Of a stretch of DNA of 64,000 nucleotides, positions 37,442-51,797 are shown one piece after another. The DNA lies in the NCBI GenBank assembly GCA_000165425.1, contig CT868319.1, positions 124,001 through 188,000 of the forward strand, written 5' to 3'. This stretch comes from Paramecium tetraurelia (Eukaryota). Position 1 is the first letter of the stretch, and each line of letters starts with the position of its first letter. The translations under genes were made by a program, and so were the position numbers. The notes under the pieces were generated by a model. That model saw only the letters and a list, made by a program, of their open reading frames with translations, was not told the origin of the DNA and made no database searches.

Positions 37442-39594
37442 ATGAGTAAATATTTGGATAAATATGTTGAGTATGAGACAATAGGTAGAGGCAGCTATGG
37501 TAAAGTAATAAGCATATTCAGGGTCTGCACATTTGGTACGCTCGAAATCAGACTAGTAAGTATATGTGGCTAAGAAAATTCAATTATTCAATCTAAAATC
37601 AAAAGAGCAAGATGATTCAAAACGAGAAGTTTATAAGTTCATTTAATTATTAGGTGATGCTTTTGCAGAAATTAAAACATCCTCACATTGTACAATATAC
37701 AGAGAGCTTCAATGAGAATGATACACTCATCATTATCATGGAATACTGTGAAGGTAGTAATTTTCATTAATCCATTAGAGGGAGACCTATCATTTCACAT
37801 AAACAGAATGAGTCAAAGAAAGGAGTACTTTCCAGAGCAAATCATATTGAATTGGTTTCTTTAATGCGCCTTAGCTTTGAAATATATCCATGAATAGAAG
37901 ATCTTGCATAGAGACATCAAAAGTCAGAATATTTTCTTATCCTCCAATGGTTTTGTTAAAATAGGTGATTTTGGTATCTCCAGAGTTTTAGAACACACTC
38001 AAGATCAAGCCAATACAGTTGTGGGAACTCCCTATTATATGAGGTAATTAATGAAATTTATCCTTAGTCCTGAAGTCTGTGAGAATAAGCCCTACACTTA
38101 CAAGAGTGATGTTTGGTCTCTTGGATGTGTTCTCTATGAATTGTGCAATTTGTCTCATGCCTTCAAATCAAATAATCTCTTAGGTTTAGTGAATAGGATT
38201 GTCAAAGAATAGGCTTCTGCAATTCCCTCACATTACTCCAAAGAACTAGCAGATCTCATTAACAAACTCTTAATCAAAAATGCTGATCAAAGACCACACA
38301 CTTCTGAAATCTTCAACTTCCCTCTAATCAGAAATACTATGCAATAGTTTGTTGCAATGTAAGGCAAAGTACAATATCAAGCCCCAATCAAACGAACAAA
38401 TACACATAATTAAATTGGAAAAATGATCAAGTAAGAAGAAACTACTCAATAAAACACTACAAATCCATATGACAACACTATCGATACTGTCTAGTCTATA
38501 GACTTTAGTTAATTAACTCCTTAGCAGAGATTGCAAATGAAAAAAGAAGAAAAAATCTAAAGAGAGTAAAGAGAGCTAGCCTAAGCAAGCAAATAAAGCT
38601 TTTTATAACAATAAGCAAGTCAACAAAGAAAGATTCAAGATCTCCAAGGTGGCTAATCTCTAGATTACAACTAAAAGAGAAAACAACAATAACAATATCA
38701 TGAAGAATTACAAAGACAATAATAATTTAAGGAATCTTAAGCTAATACCAAAAAACCTCAATAATAAGTCTAACCAAATAAATCCAACATGTACAACTAT
38801 GATGAAACCTTAGTTAGTTAATATGAGAAAACTTCATAAATGGTATACTTTATATTTATATCCCCTAGTTATAAAATGAATCTAAAAAATACAATGAAAC
38901 CATATAAAACGACTCTAAAAAATAAAATGAAACCTTTAAAAAAGAGTTAGAGTAGTTTGATAAAACTGTTGATTCTGAAATGTGTCAATCTACTTATGAT
39001 AATACTACTAAATAATAAGAAAAAACAGTCACCAAATCTTAATTAGATAGATTTACTACTAATTATCAAAAATAAGAATTCTCAGTCACCTAATAATATT
39101 AGGATGAAGAATTTGAGGAATATAATAGTGATGAAGATCTTGAAGTCATTAATCACAGACTCACCGTTAAATAAGGTGACAGTGAAATTGAGGAAGTCCT
39201 CAAATTATATCAAATTTAGATGGATCAAACCGTGAAGAAATCATCTAGTAACAAACTTGAAGGTATAAATATTACAACTTCTTTAGATATTTAGGAAACG
39301 AGCCAAGAGAGTTGGAACTCCTCTTCTGCATCTCCCTAAAAAGTACCCATCAATAATGATGATCGAATCCAAATCTTAAGGAAAAAGGCAATAGCAACCA
39401 TGGGCTCAGACCTCTTTAATAAAGCATATCAATTTATGAGTCATCATTTATCCAAAGGAACGGGAAGTGCTGAAGTATATACATTTAGCTTATTTTAGAT
39501 TCGAAAAAATCTAGAAGATTTTGTAGGAAAAAGCAGAATGGGAGATTGCATGTTAATAGATGAAATATTATATTATGAGAATTATTCTAAATGA
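37442..39594 (+). CDS. NIMA-related (NEK) Ser/Thr kinase
   Basis: [52 protein letters not shown]-rich coiled coil; NEK1/11-like C-terminal helical domain. Confidence 0.95.
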
Positions 39595-39803
39595 TAATGA
39601 TTAAATAATAGTATTAATTACATTCTACTCTTTTTATAATTATTATTCTTATTTTCAATTGTTTTGTTTTAGAGAAAAGAAACTGCATAGTTTAATTCTA
39701 AGTCTTTTTTAATTTTAATAATATGAGAATAACTAAAATATTTGTATACAGTTTAATTAGGATGTCCTGATTTAAGTGATAAGATTACATACTAATCAGC
39801 TTA

Positions 39804-39875
39804 GGTCGTATGGTGTAGTGGTTAGCACCTTGGACTTTGAATCCAGTGACCCAGGTTCGAGTCCTGGTATGACCT
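39804..39875 (+). tRNA. tRNA-Gln (anticodon TTG)
   Basis: Acceptor stem GGTCGTA/TATGACC, D-loop TAGTGG, anticodon arm TTGGA-CT TTG AA-TCCAG, T-loop GGTTCGAGTCC, downstream oligo-T Pol III terminator. Confidence 0.97.
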
Positions 39876-41205
39876 AAACTTTTTTAATTTATATTTTTAT
39901 AATTAGAATTATTTCTATTTTTTAAATTTCAAATATTGATAAATAATAATATCAAATATATATATGAATGATATCAAATCTCTTGAGTAGCTCATCTAAA
40001 TATATAAATTGACTTAATTAAAACTGATTATTTTTAAAATTTAAAACTATTTTTTTATTTTTAAGGAACTACAAATCTTTTGGGGAAGTCCTTTTTCAGT
40101 AATTTTTTTATTACTTCTTTTGGTTCATATGCTTTTAGAGAAGTAAAAAAAGATAAAGTATCATGGAAAGTGTTTTTCAGCCAATCCTTTAATTCCTTTA
40201 TTATTCAAACGGTTTATATTGTAACTATAAAATTATCATTATTTTATAAAACTATTCTTTTTAGAACCTTATTTTTGATGGCAAAGCTGGGTTTTAGGTT
40301 AGATTTAGATAATTATATAGGAACACTCTTTTTACTATAAGAAAAACATGAAATTATCACCTAAGTCAATAGATAACTTCTATTAAAAGTGGAATTATTC
40401 TCCTTCTAATAAATTTAGATAAATTAATCATTTAATTATACTTTTATTCTACTTTACAAATTTCATCACTACTTTATTTATTTTTGATTAAATAGAATTT
40501 TTCATTAAACTATTTAATTCTTATCACATAAATCTCTGATTTCATTAAAAACAATTTTATGTGATGCTATTGATGAAACTTTTTTCTGTAATTATTGAAA
40601 TTATCAAAAAGTAAATCTGTATTGCTCTTAGTTCAACATTTACCAAATTCACTTTTAAAAACACCGTAAAGAACTATTTTTTAGAAATAACATTAAAAAT
40701 TCAATAAAACATCTTTGGTTAGCAATATTTCTTACAATACAGTGTTTTGTTAAACGCTATTTATCAATCAATCAATTAAAATTAAATTATAAATATCGAA
40801 AAAATTACTATTAATATAATCCTTACTTATTTAGATTTTATCAAATACTGAAATTACACAACACAATATTAAATTGGTTGTACTGATTTTGTAAATCAAA
40901 TTTTCTTATTAAAAGGAATCAATTTACATTATAATCATAATATCAACTTTGGTCTCATAATTAAGTAATCATCTATTTTGAATAGTATTAAACTTTTATT
41001 ATCAATATTCTTAAATGACTATAGTTGAAATTAAAGTGTATAATTTGATTAGTATAAATTATTATGAGTGAATGTTTGTTATTAAAAATCAGGATAAAAA
41101 TGCTGAGAATTAATTATCTATTATGTAAATTATAAAATAAAATACTTTATAAGTCTGCTATTCTAATTATGAATGAATAATTTAGAAATAAATATATTAA
41201 ATATA

Positions 41206-42970
41206 ATGAAACTCTCATTGTCAACAGAGTGGTTATTCTTTCATCTTTGGAAAAAGAATCCTGATACAAATTCTAGTTGTCCTGGAGTGTTTGTGGCTGA
41301 TACAATTATTTATAGATGGGCTCAGCCTTATTTTTGGTACTTTACAGCCAAAGATGGTTAAATATTAAGAAAGACAAAAGAACGAATTTTTGTGGAACAG
41401 ATTGAAGAGATCTTCTAGAAAAGCGGTGATATTTCAGCTTTATATTTATAAAGCCAGCAAAATAAAATTATATTTGAATACTTTGAGAAAGGGTAATTTG
41501 TTCAATTTCTTCATTAAAGAGAAAAGGCATTAAATGCTCTATTATAAAAGTTTGTTGAACCAAAATCATCTAGAAACTCTATGATTAAGGTTTCTTGGAG
41601 TCCATAATTTTGTTTATTATCTAGGAAAACAAATAACAATGATCTAAAAAATAATAAAATAACCTTAGAAGATAGGTTAGTTACATTTGAAGGTCCTGAA
41701 CATCTATCCACAACTGATTCTATAGCCTCTCCAATATTATCAGCAGATATTGAATAAATTTGTCTAAATATAGTTAAACATATTTAAGATGTTTCTGGAG
41801 GTAACATTTAGATTTCCAGGATGGTTTTATTTTTTAAAATTGATGAAAAAAATAGGTTATGGTTACTTTTCAGCAGTGGAGTCAAAGTTAGATAGAAAGT
41901 ATAGATACAAGTTTATATGATAGTTCATCAACGAAGAAACTGTATCTGATTTCCCTAAATAAAAAGAGAGAATCTAATCTCCAATTATGCTATTATAAAC
42001 TTAATTGAAAATTGGATAGGTTTCAAAATTCTCAGTTGATACTTAAGGATTTGTAAAATAAACTGGTAGCAGTTGCAATAATTGTTCACTACAAGGAGAA
42101 ATGTATGAACTAACAGTCTAATAATACATAGCATCTTATGATTAGGGAATATTCGATGAAGAAACACTAATAATAAGATAAAAAGTAGCAAAAAATCCAG
42201 TGAAGAAATCAGACAATGAAGAAGACTATTATGTGGAAGGTTCATTGAATATTCCAGGTCTTCTTTTAAAAATATGGGGTAAGATGGATATAGAAAAGTA
42301 TAAGAATTTAAGACACAATATGAGTTTTATGAATCTAAAATTATAATTATGTATAGATTGCTACCTAAAATTTACAAGAATGTAATTTAATTTCCAATAA
42401 TTAGTCATGTTGAATCAAAAAGTGAAAGAGAAGCCAAACAAACTGTTGTAAGCATGCCTCCATTATGGTAGCCATCAAAAACCAAGATCTAAAATAATTA
42501 AGAGACATTAACATTAGTTTCATCTACAAAATAACATAAAATGTATCATACTCCAGCAAAATAAGTGTAATAACCATCTTAATAATAATAAAAATAATAA
42601 TCTTAGTATTAATCATAATAATAATCATAATAATCCTAATAACAATAATAATAATCATAATTTACTATATAATAATAATAATAACCTCAATCTTCAGTTG
42701 TAATTCCTAAGTTAAATTTGGCTTCAAAGGAAATAAGTGAACGAGTAATTGCAACAACTCATCATACTGACAGACAAAGTAATTTCCCATCAAAAAGAGT
42801 GGCCAAGATTTATAATAATTTATAAGGTGTAAGTTTACCTCACTCTTAGTCATCTTTAAACACAACAAGATCTACCATGTAATATATATTAGTATAAATA
42901 TAGTACTCATTCACAACGTATTGTTAGTATTCAATAATTGAAAGAAATATTGTAAACAGAATAACTTTGA
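41206..42970 (+). CDS. Uncharacterised protein with an ATP-grasp-like N-terminal region, split CxxC…CxxC motif and Q-rich tail
   Basis: FWYFTAKDGQI…LLQKFVEPK…RLVTFEG…RMVLFFKIDEKNRLWLL; CNNC…LCIDC; tiny introns. Confidence 0.8.
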
Positions 42971-43025
42971 TTATTGCTTATTTTAACAATATTATAAGTG
43001 TAAAACTTAATGAATAAATTAAACA

Positions 43026-44919
43026 TCAAATCTCTGAAAATAAAATATTAAATGTCTTTTTATCCCAGGGATTCTATTTTTAATCGAAATATTCTCCAGG
43101 TCCAGGAAGATTATTCTTTTTCTATTCGTATTAGAATCTATTTTCCTTTTAAAATATTTTATTTATTTTACCTAACAATTGAACGCTGGATGTTCTTTCT
43201 TCTTTTTCTGAAATAAATCAGAAGCATTATGTTTTAATTGCACATCTTCTTCTTCGTCTTCCTCATCTATACCTTTTTTCGGTTTTTCCTAAAATCTTGG
43301 TAAGGAAGATCCAAATCCTGGTTTATTGATAATAAGATCCTTATCTTCCTCCTTTTCTACTTTTGTAGTATTTTCAATTGTGTAATTTTTCACATCATAA
43401 GCTCCAGGGGCAGGCATATTATCTTTACCACCAATAACGCTTCTTTTAGTCTAAGATTTGAAAACACAAGCAGCACTTTTAGCAGGATCTTAAAAATTAG
43501 GTTCATAAGTTCCAGGTCCAGGTTATTCATTTTCAGGATCATCGAATCGTGGTTAATTCGATCCAAACTTTCCTACTGGTGCTCTTTCCAATTTCTTAAT
43601 TAATTTATCTTCTAGCTTCTATAGGATGTATTTATTACTGTAATTTTAGGGTTATAACTTTGAGGTCCTGGTTTCTTTTCCAATGCCCTACTTTCAAATC
43701 GTGTATTGGAAGATAAGAATGGAATATTTTTCATTGCCATATTATTCTTGACCAGATTTGTTTCTATTCTGTAATCACCTGGTCCCATCTAGATCTGTCT
43801 TTATTATTATATTTCATTGAATCTTTTCTGTTTTGAACCAAACCCACTTTAAGCTTTTGGCATTGACTATGAGTAAGTAGAAGCAGTAGAAAACGTTGTT
43901 TAATTTCCTATATAGTATCCTGGTCCTGGGGTTGCATTCTACATCTAAACATAGGATATACATCATAAAATTCAACATCTTCATCTTCAATATCTGCAAA
44001 TACAGGATTTTACATCAGTTTTTTCTTCTAATTTTCAAACTATGCTCTCATAAATTCTCTTGTTTTCTGTCCTTTTTATTAATCAAACATTCTTTGAGAT
44101 TTTGAGAGAAAATTGCCTGAAGGATTCAATTTATACAGAGGAATGATAGAATTTTCATGATCATAGGCTCCAGGTCCAACTATCAGTTCCCTTGAAGGTG
44201 GAGCCAATTTGGGAACTCTGGATTTATGCCAAGAAGGGCCTTTATTCTTATTATTATCAAAAGTGTCCTTTAATTAATATTATCCTGGCCCAACAGTATC
44301 TGATTTCAATCCTGTAAATATTGGATTTGGACTCTTGTTAAGTTCTAAATCATGGGCTATAAGTTTATATTTGAAGCATTACGTCCTTTATCAGTGTAAC
44401 CATATACTTGACTTGATGTTGGAATCGATGGTATGGATTAATATTTATTTAGTTTCATTAGATTGTCGATATAATTTTGGGATGTGTATTGTTGTTATGC
44501 AATTTTCTTTTGGGATGCAGATTCATAAGCCCCAGGACTGACATAAATGAAATTAATACCCTGGAGTCTCCATTACTTTCTATTCCTAGAATCTTTTGGT
44601 CTGTGACATAAATACTGATTGCTGTTTCTATTGCTCAACAATTTTCACTTCAGACTGATGCAGATTACAAAACAACTCGTTAACTTAAAATTACTCATAA
44701 TAATTACCCTTCTGTTACAAATTCAACATTATAACTGCCAGGACCAGGCGAGTTGCTTTTCTTTAATGGCTTACTTCTTGCAACTTGTGTATTAAAAGGA
44801 GCAGCATGAGGCCTAGGTTCATATTTTCTATGTTCAATATAACTTCCAGGACCTACATTTGCTGGCAGAGCCCCAGATGCATTGTTAATATCTCTTTCAG
44901 CTTGAAATACAAATGCCAT
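43026..44919 (-). CDS. Sperm-tail PG-rich (STPG/ODF3/SHIPPO) repeat ciliary protein
   Basis: Many PGPGxY / VGPGxY repeats alternating with F-x-S-x-x-x-R-F motifs. Confidence 0.92.
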
Positions 44920-45012
44920 ATATAATTTAATAATAATATTGTAAAATAATTAAAACACCTAAAGTTCCCTTTTTTCAGATTAGAAAAATAAACTATAATA
45001 AAAGTACTCAAA

Positions 45013-47245
45013 TCATTTTTTAAATAAATTAGATATTTAAATTAACTCGTTCTATTTATATATCTTCTCCTAAGACTCTAATAATTAAGTAACTTCAAAA
45101 ATATTTTAAATCTTTGGGCTTAAACTTTTCATTAATTAAACATTAATTCTATTCTCTTCTGTTTGCTTATCTAAATCGACAGAAATCTTGTCGTAAGCCT
45201 AGTAGTTTAATAATTTAAATACTTTAAAAAGCTTAGAATACATTCGTTATGGAGAATTATTAAAGGAATCATTTTATAGAGTTTTTAACTAATCCATATT
45301 TCCATTATCCTATCCTACCTATAATGATGATTCCATATCATTAACCAAACTGAATTATAATAATAAATTACTTAAGCGATTTTTACATACTTGATTAATG
45401 GATTAATTACCTGTTAGGAAATATTTTCTATTCTTTCAATGCTATTAAAGGTTTAGGAGTAAAATTAAAAATGATTTATTAAGGCTTCTTTAATAATAAA
45501 TCTTTTAATTTATCCAACTCTTGTATTTTGTTCAACATAACTAATAAATCTAATTCAGAATTAACTTAATTTCTATATGGTTAATATTATAAATACACTG
45601 CTTTATTTAGTAATCTTTCATCTTGAGATTTTAGAGCTTTTTAACAAAAGACTCTTTTTATTAAGTACTTCAACGTAAACTCTATTTTTTTTTATTTATC
45701 AAAAAGTTTTTAAATTTATTCATAAAAATATTACTTTCCTGTTTTTTACCTATTTTTCTCCAACTCATCCTTATGTTTTTATTCAAGTTGATCTTTATAA
45801 TAGAATTTTTTCTATGACTATTACTGATAATTTTTTAAGTTTAAATTCGATAAAAATAATTCTTATGTTGAATTTCTAATTTACTATTAAGCACTATTAA
45901 TTATTTAATCTTTGCCTCCTTAATTACTTAATTCAAATCCAAGACTAACCATTGATTAAGATTGATTTTAATGTAATATCTACTATTCAGTATCATCAGG
46001 ATTCGATAATAAAGGCTTTTTATTCTCATCTTCAACTTCAAAATCAAATAATTCATTTGATAAATCAACTAATTCTAAAATGTAAAATAAATGACTTACA
46101 GGATTATTTGTTATAAACCTAAATAAAGAATCCGAAGAATACGATCATTATTTATAAGAATCCTCCCAAATAGGACATTAAATCATCTACTTTTTAATAG
46201 TTTCTCAAAATATTTTCAGTGAATGTACTCCTTCTTAAGTAAAACTGAGCATATATAACATCGGTATCTGTTCCTAACAATGTTAAATCCCTAAAGTCTG
46301 TTGCAGTTCGAGCATAAAATGTCTCATTTTTTACACTTTTAAAGGGTGTCAGACTCTCATCTGTTTGAAAATTATATTTTCTCCAAAATATGTTGCCTTA
46401 CCTTTAAAGTAACTTGGGTGTCTATGTTTTAAATAGTAAATTACGAATGTAAAGTAGAGTTCGTCATCAAGGTAAGCTGATATAAAATTTTAAGGACTTG
46501 AGGGATTCACTATTAAATTTGTCATGTAGAGAGAAACCTTAAAGGCTGAAGTAGTTTAGAGGTAACTTTATATGGATTCCTCTGATTTACAAACAGGTTT
46601 CCATGTATAAATAGAATTATTACTTGTATCATTGTTACACTTTGAAACTGTGATTTTTATGTAATTAAATTCTCTGTTTGCAAATCTTCCTGTTAATTTC
46701 ATAGAGTAATTCAAGTCTGGACATAAATAATCTGAGAGTCCAAGCGAATAATATTGAGATTTAAAATCAATATTAAACTTTGAAAAGACTTTTTAGAATC
46801 TATCTAACGAACATGGAATCAAATTAATTTCAGTCGTCGTTTTTAACATTGTTCCATCCTCTAATCTAGTTGAATTTCTATAATAAGATAAATTTATACT
46901 ATTAAACTGCAGTAATGTTGAAATAAGGGTTAATTGTAAAATTTTTTTATTCAATTTATAATGCAATCATGTAATTCTCCTCGTTTAAAATAATTTAATC
47001 AGGAAAGTCTTCAAATTCTGTTGTTTAACTTACAAATATGTTTATTTTTGCAAAAAAGCTTAATACATTGGATTAAAAGAAAACAATTAAAATAACTATA
47101 ATAATTAGAGAGGCACATCCTCCAAATCCTGTTTTGTATGCTTCTTATTTTTTATAGTTAAAGTCAACCTTTTAACCAAAGATATCGCAACTTTTAACAA
47201 CTAGGGAATTTAAATAAAAAAAATACATCTTTGAACTACTTTCAT
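45013..47245 (-). CDS. Two-TM Cys-rich-ectodomain ciliate family member #3
   Basis: MKVVQR/intron/FVKSCDIFGQ…YKTGFGG + TM1; LIPCSLDRF, YLCP; KVDDLMSYLGG + TM2; KIQELDKLKDLLL…FNFTPKP. Confidence 0.87.
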
Positions 47246-47515
47246 CAAATTATAAAATTATTATTAATAATTTATATATAGAAACTATCACAATAAAAAA
47301 TATGTTATTTTTAATTCTGTAATATGTTGAAAGAAAGGATCATGTATATTGGATTTCATAAATGTATATATTTTAAGTATATGTTTATTTATGTTATGTA
47401 TTAATTAAACTAAAATTCCTCACGTGTTTCGAAAGCGCTTAATTATTATCATAATTTAAAATATAAATGCTGTTATTTTATAAGGATCTTGAATATTTAA
47501 TTACTTATAATTGAT

Positions 47516-48448
47516 ATGGACCTTGAAAAAATTGCCATAGTTTAGTAGATATTCTCATCGCTATTCGCAGCAATTACAGCCATGCTTATTAAATTGGTCT
47601 AAGAATTAGATTTCAACTAAACTCTATATTTAAGGGCGTTATGTAGTTTTGTTTTACTCGTATTTGCAGTCAACCACTATAAACTTTAAGCCTACAACTT
47701 TGATAAGCAAACTATGGTAAGTTTAATATAGAGAGGACTCCTAGCGGGGTTCGGTGCCTTCATTTATTTCAAAGGATTAGATTTAGTATTAGTGTCTGAG
47801 TCTATAATCTTGAATAGAATGTCTCCACTATGGACTTCATTTATTTAGATTGTGGTTTTGAAAAAGGAGTAATTTAATTTAAGGTTACTTTTGAATATGG
47901 TGCTTTGTAGTTTGGGTATATATTTAGTCACAGGAAATACTAGAAATCAGAAATAACATGATGAAATTGACAACTAATTTTATCATATAATAGGTATATT
48001 ACTGATATTGCTGGCATCTATTCTTTAAGCAATCGTAAATATTTTAATTAAATAGCTCGATAAATAAGTATTATATTATATCTAAAATTAGGTTGTTAGC
48101 ATAGTAATTTCTTGTTATCAATCCTTTTTTGCAATAATCTTCCCTTCATGTAATTCATTAATAACTGGATCTAAGTAATGTTTATTAATTAAATTTAGTT
48201 ATATAATTCCTTCAATGAATACAACACTAATGATTATAGTTCTAACTGTTGTCTCTCTTTTAGCAGGATAGTTATAAATAATAGCTATGAGATAGGGAAA
48301 ATTAAGTGTCATTTCTAATGTTAGTTAAATCTAAATACTATTTGGTTATTTAATCGACTTTCTGGTTTTTAAGATTACATTTACCGGAGAATAGATTTTA
48401 GGAAATTTCTTATTATTGCTATCCATAATTCCTTTAATTTGGAAATGA
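47516..48448 (+). CDS. EamA/DMT (SLC35G-like) drug-metabolite transporter
   Basis: About 10 TM segments; LRAL, RGLLAGFG…YFKGL, SPLWTSF…VLKKE motifs; two tiny introns. Confidence 0.85.
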
Positions 48449-48688
48449 AATTTAGTGTGTTTAATCAGAGTATTAATATAATTTAATATATCTACTTCTT
48501 TATAATTAATCTCAAATACACTTTCTCTAAATAACTTAAATGGAATATTCCAGTATCTACGTTATTTATAATTTGGATTGTTACATAGAAATTTCGATGT
48601 TATAAACTAATATTCGCCACAAGTAAGTAAGTCTCAGAATAATTAATAAATCATATTATATATATATATATATAAATTTCTTATTGTC

Positions 48689-51109
48689 TCAAAATTCATT
48701 GGAATTTCTTTTTCCGATAACTCTTTTCAATATGCTCTAATTTTAAGATGTCTTAGGACTTAATTGCATTTCAATATCTTAAAGATCCACTTCACCATCT
48801 GATTCTTTATCTTATTAAACTGGATTTTTAAATTTGCTAAATTTAGAGGATATCAGCCTTTTAGCTCGATCATTTACATCAATCTCTTTAGAAGTCTTAG
48901 TTTATTAGATTAATAGCCACGACACTTCAAAAATGTTCTAGATTTACGGTCCCAATTTTTTAATTAATTGATTGTTTAGATAGGCATCTTCATCTTAATT
49001 TTCTATTAAAGCCATCAGTCTTTCGTATGCCTTATAGAGTTAAATAATATACTTTAAACAATTTAGAATATAGATACTAAGGAGAATCAGGATCAAGAAA
49101 ATTCTCCTTGTTTTCTATCACTTATTTGCTCACCTAATCTAATTAGATTTTCATTGAAGATTCTACCTTGTTTATATTATTCATAGATCTCGAATTAATT
49201 AAAGAATTACCTTGAATGCTTTGAAGATTTCAAAGTCTAAGCCCGTTGTCTTGAAGGCAAGGATTTTGATTCTTGCAAGGTAATCAAAGGTTTAGGAGTA
49301 AAATTAAAGATGATTTATTGAGGCTTCTTCAATAACAATTCTTTTAATTTGTCTATTTCATGTAACTTATCTAAAATACCAAAAACATCCAATTCTGCAT
49401 TAATTTGGTTTCTAAAATAAATTAAATGATATACACAGCTTTATTCAATAATAGAACTTAAGGATTTTTCATCATTCTTTCGCAAAATACTTTTTAGAAA
49501 AAGAACCTAAATGTAAATTCTAACTTTCTAGTTTTAGCAAATATTCTTTATATCTATTCGAAAAAGTATTATCTTCCATTTTTACTTCCAATCTTATCTA
49601 ACGAAGTCTGATGTTTCTCCAACAATTTAATATTATTAATAGATAATTATGATAAAGGGATAATTTCTTGAACTGAATTCAATTATTTAATCGAAATTCC
49701 TTTTGACGGATTCTTTATGGATTTTTATGATTTATTCATATTTGTTTAATCTTTATCAAATCTGGCACTTTGCTGTACTTGTCCCAAACTCATCATCGAT
49801 TGTTATTGATTTGAGTCTTAGGCTTAGGCCTGAAAGTCGAAATCATCAGCATTCGATATTAAATCATTCCTATTTAATTTAGATTATGAGTTATCATCTA
49901 GATCAAAATCAAATAATTCATTTGATAAATCAACTAATTCTAAAATGTAAAATAAATGACTTACAGGATTATTTGTTATAAACCTAAATAAAGAATCCGA
50001 AGAATACGATCATTATTTATAAGAATCCTCCCAAATAGGACATTAAATCATCTACTTTTTAATAGTTTCTCAAAATATTTTCTGAATATGTACTCCTTCT
50101 CATATAAAATTGTGCATAAGTGCTATCCGCTGCTGTTCCCAACAAGGTTAGATCTCTATAATCTGTAGCTGATCTAACATTGTAAGTTTCGTTGACTATT
50201 GCTTGAAATGGTGTCAAACTGTCGTCTGTTTAAAAATTGTATTTCCTCCAAAATATGTTAGCTTATCTTGATAGTTATTTTGGAGTCTAGCATAAACTTA
50301 ATTAAATACAAAAGTAAAATATAGTTCGTCATCTAAAAATGCTGTTGCATAATCTTTTGGATTTGTAGGATTCATTACTAGGTTTGTCATGTAAAGGGAA
50401 ACTTTAAAAGCTGAATTCTTTGATAAAAAACTCGAAATTGCCTCCTTCGTTTGACAATTCGGCTTCCAAGTTAATCGAGAATTTTGACTAGTATTATTAT
50501 TGCAATCTGTCACGATTATTTTTATATAGTCGAATTCATGACTTGCGTACCTTCCTGCTAAATTTAATGAATAGTTATAATCTGGACACAGGAAATTCTT
50601 TAGTCCTACTTGGTCGAATTGAGCTTTGAAATCAACATTGTATTTAGTAAAAACCTTTTGGAATCTGTCTAGTGTACAAGGAATTAAATTGATCTCTTGA
50701 GCTATTTTTATCACTGTTCCATTATCCAACCGTGTAGATTTCCTATTTAAGTTAAGATCATTACTGCTGTAACACTGTAATGTTAAAGTAAGGGTTTGTT
50801 GTAAAGTTTGTCTGTTCAATTTGAAAAGCAATCATAAAATTCTCATCATTTAGTTCTATTAGGTCAGGGTCTTCTTGGAAATCTGTTTTTTAGGCAACAA
50901 AAATTTGAGTTTTTGCAAAAAAAGTGATAACATTAGATTGAAAAAAGACAACCAAAACAACAATTATCACTAAAGATGCAAGTCCTCCAAATCCTGTCCT
51001 ATAGGTATCTTCTTTTTTATAATTAAAATTAACTCCCTATCCAAAAATATCGCACCTCTTGAGAACTATAATATGATCAGGTAAATATACATTCTTATAC
51101 AACTTACAT
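48689..51109 (-). CDS. Two-TM Cys-rich-ectodomain ciliate family member #4 (close paralogue of #3)
   Basis: MQVVQE/intron/FLKRCDIFGQ…YRTGFGG; LIPCTLDRF, FLCP; KVDDLMSYLGG; KLHEIDKLKELLL…FNFTPKP. Confidence 0.87.
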
Positions 51110-51797
51110 TAAATTAAAAATTAAAATATTTAATATAAGTATCTATCCATTATGCTTTCAAATAATAAATATCTAATGGTTTTGTTTTGACATTTTAAAT
51201 AAACCAGAATTCCGAGAAAAATTAAAATAATATATCCTTGAAAATTAACACATGTATTTAATTAATTGTAGAAGTTAATAATTAATTAATTATTATTGCT
51301 ATATGATTTTATTTATAAATATTACTTTTTAATTAATTATTAGTATGATCATTTAAATTAAATTTGACCAACACTTTTTTTATCTAGATTTTGATGAGAT
51401 CAAAGCATTTGATAAAGAATTTAAGCATATTTTGTAATTCTAACAGTATTTAATTGAAGAATTCTTCTATTTTCTTTTTGAATATGTATTGATAATAAAA
51501 AATTATAATTAATAAATTAAATAAGCATAATTTAAGATTAAATTCTTTATTATTCTAATATAGCAGCTTAGTGAAAATTAAGAAAACGAAATAAGAGAAT
51601 TTTCGATTATAGTATATAAATTTAAGAGTATATTATCTAAACTTAGAATATTTATTATAATATGTTAAAATTGAATAGGAAGATAGGATGCCATTTGAAG
51701 CAAGTGAGATGTAAATTTATAAATGTTGAAAGGAATAGTTAAATTTATATATATTATTTATTGTCATAATTAAAATTAAAATAAAACAAAAAAAATA

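Noticed and set aside
39804..39875. Possible stop-suppressor tRNA
   Set aside because: The anticodon is TTG (reads CAA), i.e. the ordinary tRNA-Gln, not the TTA/CTA isoacceptors.
39960..41100. Possible gene between the tRNA and the ATP-grasp-like gene
   Set aside because: The minus-strand frames I read are interrupted by TGA, the short plus-strand ORF looks like a shadow, and no motif is recognisable; at most an unidentifiable relic.
48655..48673. (TA)n microsatellite as an IES or regulatory element
   Set aside because: Short TA runs are common in this AT-rich genome and carry no further signal.
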